A stretch of DNA of 26,829 nucleotides, taken from a virus. Its lineage: Duplodnaviria; Heunggongvirae; Uroviricota; Caudoviricetes. Location of the stretch: the IMG/VR virus record IMGVR_UViG_3300017991_000084, positions 1-26,829 of that record, one strand, 5' to 3'. The position numbers were made by a program, and so were the translations under genes. The stretch's first letter is position 1. Every line of letters begins with the position of its first letter. A model generated the notes under the pieces. It was not told where the DNA came from. It searched no databases and saw nothing but the letters and a program-made list of their open reading frames with translations. Below, one piece after another: positions 24,731-26,829 of this stretch.

Positions 24731-25216
24731 TTACGCGACTGCCAACGCCCTCGCCTGCCTCGGCCTCTTAAAGAAACCGAACTTCGGATTGTCGTCAGCC
24801 TGCACCACATTCGCCACAAACGTCACATGAGCGCCCACCGGAAGCTCACCCAAGGATTTGGGGACCGAACCCCACACCTTGAAGCCACGGTCATCCTGCA
24901 CAGTCATCTTCAGGACCATGCCGAACTGAGTATCGCGCCACTTGACCGACAGGACCTCACCAGTGATCTGAATACCATTACCCACGACCACATCAGGAGC
25001 ACTCGCCTCTTCCAGCCTGCTCTGCTCAATTCTCTGCCGATACCAGAAGTTCTTGATGGCCGCTACAATCACCGCAGCGCCCTGCTTCTCGCTCAGACTA
25101 CCGAACCGATTCAGCTTGACCTTGATGTCATACAGGAACTCATTGTCATTGACCAGCTCACTGTTCAGAATCGACATCACGACAGGGTTGTCCGCTCTGT
25201 AGTTTCGTTTCGCCAT
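24731..25216 (-). CDS. Phage protein with C-terminal OB-fold-like domain
   Basis: ITGEVLSVKWRDTQFG...KMTVQDDRGFKVWGSVP...VTFVANV...FGFFKRP; RBS GAGGAG. Confidence 0.7.
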   Translation of the reverse strand: MAKRNYRADNPVVMSILNSELVNDNEFLYDIKVKLNRFGSLSEKQGAAVIVAAIKNFWYRQRIEQSRLEEASAPDVVVGNGIQITGEVLSVKWRDTQFGMVLKMTVQDDRGFKVWGSVPKSLGELPVGAHVTFVANVVQADDNPKFGFFKRPRQARALAVA

Positions 25217-25252
25217 GGTTCAGCTCCTCAAAGGGTTTCGGCTTACACTTAA

Positions 25253-25280
25253 AGTATACGCCATATGCCTTGAGAAGCAA
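25253..25280 (-). promoter_or_regulatory. Sigma70-like promoter
   Basis: TTGCTT-N16-TATACT in the intergenic gap upstream of the RBS. Confidence 0.65.
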
Positions 25281-25286
25281 ATCATT

Positions 25287-25457
25287 TTATGGAAAAAGTG
25301 CGTCCTTCATGACATCGATCTCTTCCTGCAACGCCGTCAGGTCCTGGTAGATCTGCTGCTTGTCTACGCTCATGTCCGCAAACAGAGCACGAACCGCCAG
25401 CATAGCCTCAGCAAACAGCCTCCTCTCCGCTCTCCCATGTGCCATTGGATGGTCCAT
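25287..25457 (-). CDS. Hypothetical helical protein (56 aa)
   Basis: Hand-read MDHPMAHGRAERRLFAEAMLAVRALF...; TGATG overlap. Confidence 0.55.
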   Translation of the reverse strand: MDHPMAHGRAERRLFAEAMLAVRALFADMSVDKQQIYQDLTALQEEIDVMKDALFP

Positions 25458-25843
25458 CAGAAGTCCTCCTCATATGGCTCCAGCTTCGCCAGCGCCTTCT
25501 CCACACCCTCGAACGGTCCCCATCCACCGTACTCAATCCGGAGCCCGTCGATGTGTGCCGCCACGTCATCAATCACGCCACGAACTGAATTCTCTGAGCA
25601 CGCCGACAGGATGATAATCCCAGCTCCCGGATGCAACTCAGCCAGCTTACAGATGGGACTGTACATCGCGTGCATCCGCAACATATCACCCACCGCTGAC
25701 ATGTCCAGGACGTAATAGTCAGCCACCAGATCCACAGCCTCAAACACCGACTCCACCGCCTGCGCCCGATGCCCCTTCTGCTTGGCCCAGCGCACCCACT
25801 GCTTGCGGTTGTCTGAGTCGTCATCTATGAACACAAACCTCAT
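25457..25843 (-). CDS. Stand-alone response-regulator receiver (CheY-like) domain protein
   Basis: FVFIDDD (beta1 acidic pocket), YYVLDM (phospho-Asp position), GIIILSA (beta4 Ser). Confidence 0.7.
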   Translation of the reverse strand: MRFVFIDDDSDNRKQWVRWAKQKGHRAQAVESVFEAVDLVADYYVLDMSAVGDMLRMHAMYSPICKLAELHPGAGIIILSACSENSVRGVIDDVAAHIDGLRIEYGGWGPFEGVEKALAKLEPYEEDF

Positions 25844-26025
25844 GGCATCTCCTCGATCTCATTGAGCACAATCGTGAATTTGTTATCCGGTATGCCCGGA
25901 ATGAGTCTCCATGCCTCATCCACCTTCATGATAGATTCCTTCCACGAACGTGCAATCACATTCAAATTGCACGAGATCGTAGCCGCTTTGTGCTTCAGCG
26001 TGAAATGAAATCGCCACTTCTTCAT
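25840..26025 (-). CDS. Hypothetical protein (61 aa)
   Basis: Start MKKWRFHF, ATGA overlap. Confidence 0.55.
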   Translation of the reverse strand: MKKWRFHFTLKHKAATISCNLNVIARSWKESIMKVDEAWRLIPGIPDNKFTIVLNEIEEMP

Positions 26026-26519
26026 AGTCCCAGCTCCTTTTTGGCAGTTTCCCAGTCTACGAACTCCAGCTCGACCACCTTGTTCAAGACCGCGCTCATC
26101 CATTCATGGTCGTAGTCATTCTCAGTCGTAGTCAGATCCTGGACCAGTGACACAATTTCCATGCTCGGAGCCCCGATCTGATCTTCCGGCCCATAGCAAC
26201 TGCAATGTCCGATGTTGGCCCAGCCGAACTTCCCATCCAGTTTGTATGCAGCGCAACCATGACCCTCCCAGGACCCAGTCTCGTACCAGTACACCAGCCA
26301 ATCGAAGTCAAACCGATCATAGTCGATCTCTTCCGGCCCCACCTGGAAGACTCTCATCTCACCAGACCGATACTCTTCGCACGACCCATCAATCGGAGTC
26401 TCCAGCTGGCGATCCATCTCCTTGGCCAAACGGGAACAAGGGTGCTCCCTCGACAAAATCAATTCCGCAGCCCACTCCACAAACGTCTGCACAACACTCT
26501 TGTCCAGTTCGAATTTCAT
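26022..26519 (-). CDS. Hypothetical phage protein with HCSCYG motif
   Basis: RBS GGAGG. YETGSWEGHG.A.YKLDGK....GHCSCYG is a pattern recalled from phage hypotheticals. Confidence 0.65.
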   Translation of the reverse strand: MKFELDKSVVQTFVEWAAELILSREHPCSRLAKEMDRQLETPIDGSCEEYRSGEMRVFQVGPEEIDYDRFDFDWLVYWYETGSWEGHGCAAYKLDGKFGWANIGHCSCYGPEDQIGAPSMEIVSLVQDLTTTENDYDHEWMSAVLNKVVELEFVDWETAKKELGL

Positions 26520-26671
26520 AGTTCCTCCACCTCACCTTCATAGATCAGCCACGTTTTGCCACAATCGCACGTGTGCGTCAGCTCGATTGTCCAGTGAGCA
26601 TACACATACGCAGGATACTCGTGAAACTTCCCGCACGTGCAAGTGTAGCCTTTGGGCAGCTCCTTACCCAT
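26516..26671 (-). CDS. Small Zn-ribbon-like protein (51 aa)
   Basis: Hand-read MGKELPKGYTCTCGKFHEY...HTCDCGKTW; ATGA overlap with the downstream gene. Confidence 0.6.
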   Translation of the reverse strand: MGKELPKGYTCTCGKFHEYPAYVYAHWTIELTHTCDCGKTWLIYEGEVEEL

Positions 26672-26828
26672 AGAAGCCACCGAAGAGCAGCAACAGCTGG
26701 AAAATAGTCGTCAACAGCAACTGCATCAGCACAGCCACTATCGATGCTGCCGGACCCACACCTTGACTCTCGCCATGCTTCGCCATCAGCACCATCTTCC
26801 AGAAGAAAGCAAAGACACACCAGATGAT
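26664..26828 (-). CDS. Membrane protein, 3' fragment (enters from window end)
   Basis: Open frame IIWCVFAFFWKMVLMAKHG...LLLLFGGFYG*, overlapping the next start. Confidence 0.55.
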   Translation of the reverse strand: MIWCVFAFFWKMVLMAKHGESQGVGPAASIVAVLMQLLLTTIFQLLLLFGGFYG

Positions 26829-26829
26829 C

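Noticed and set aside
25215-25715. 166-aa plus-strand ORF
   Set aside because: Antisense to two coupled minus-strand genes and a promoter.

Overview
A 26.8-kb segment of a large tailed-phage genome with a T4-like head module. All credible genes are on the minus strand, densely packed, with GGAG(G) RBSs and frequent ATGA/TGATG overlaps, in genetic code 11. Left part (1-11.6 kb), virion block: the 5' end of a gp23-like major capsid protein (missed by the ORF track), a gp21-like prohead protease with a long acidic/coiled-coil scaffold-like tail, a 1412-aa acidic mosaic protein carrying a GP88/radical-SAM-like domain, further acidic putative head proteins sharing an N-terminal motif, Ig-like structural proteins and a membrane-anchored trypsin-like protease. 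Right part (11.8-26.8 kb), accessory block: GroES, an NAD+ salvage pair (NAMPT + NMNAT-Nudix), six tRNAs (two with non-canonical C33), NDT-like, PNK-like kinase, NADAR, bL12-domain and receiver-domain proteins, and many small hypotheticals, several read by hand because they are under 60 aa. Best leads: the mosaic head protein and its shared targeting-like motif, a pseudoknot with a competing fold in front of the NAD salvage genes, and a ~370-nt structured gap. All family calls come from motif recognition by eye; no database search or folding program was run.
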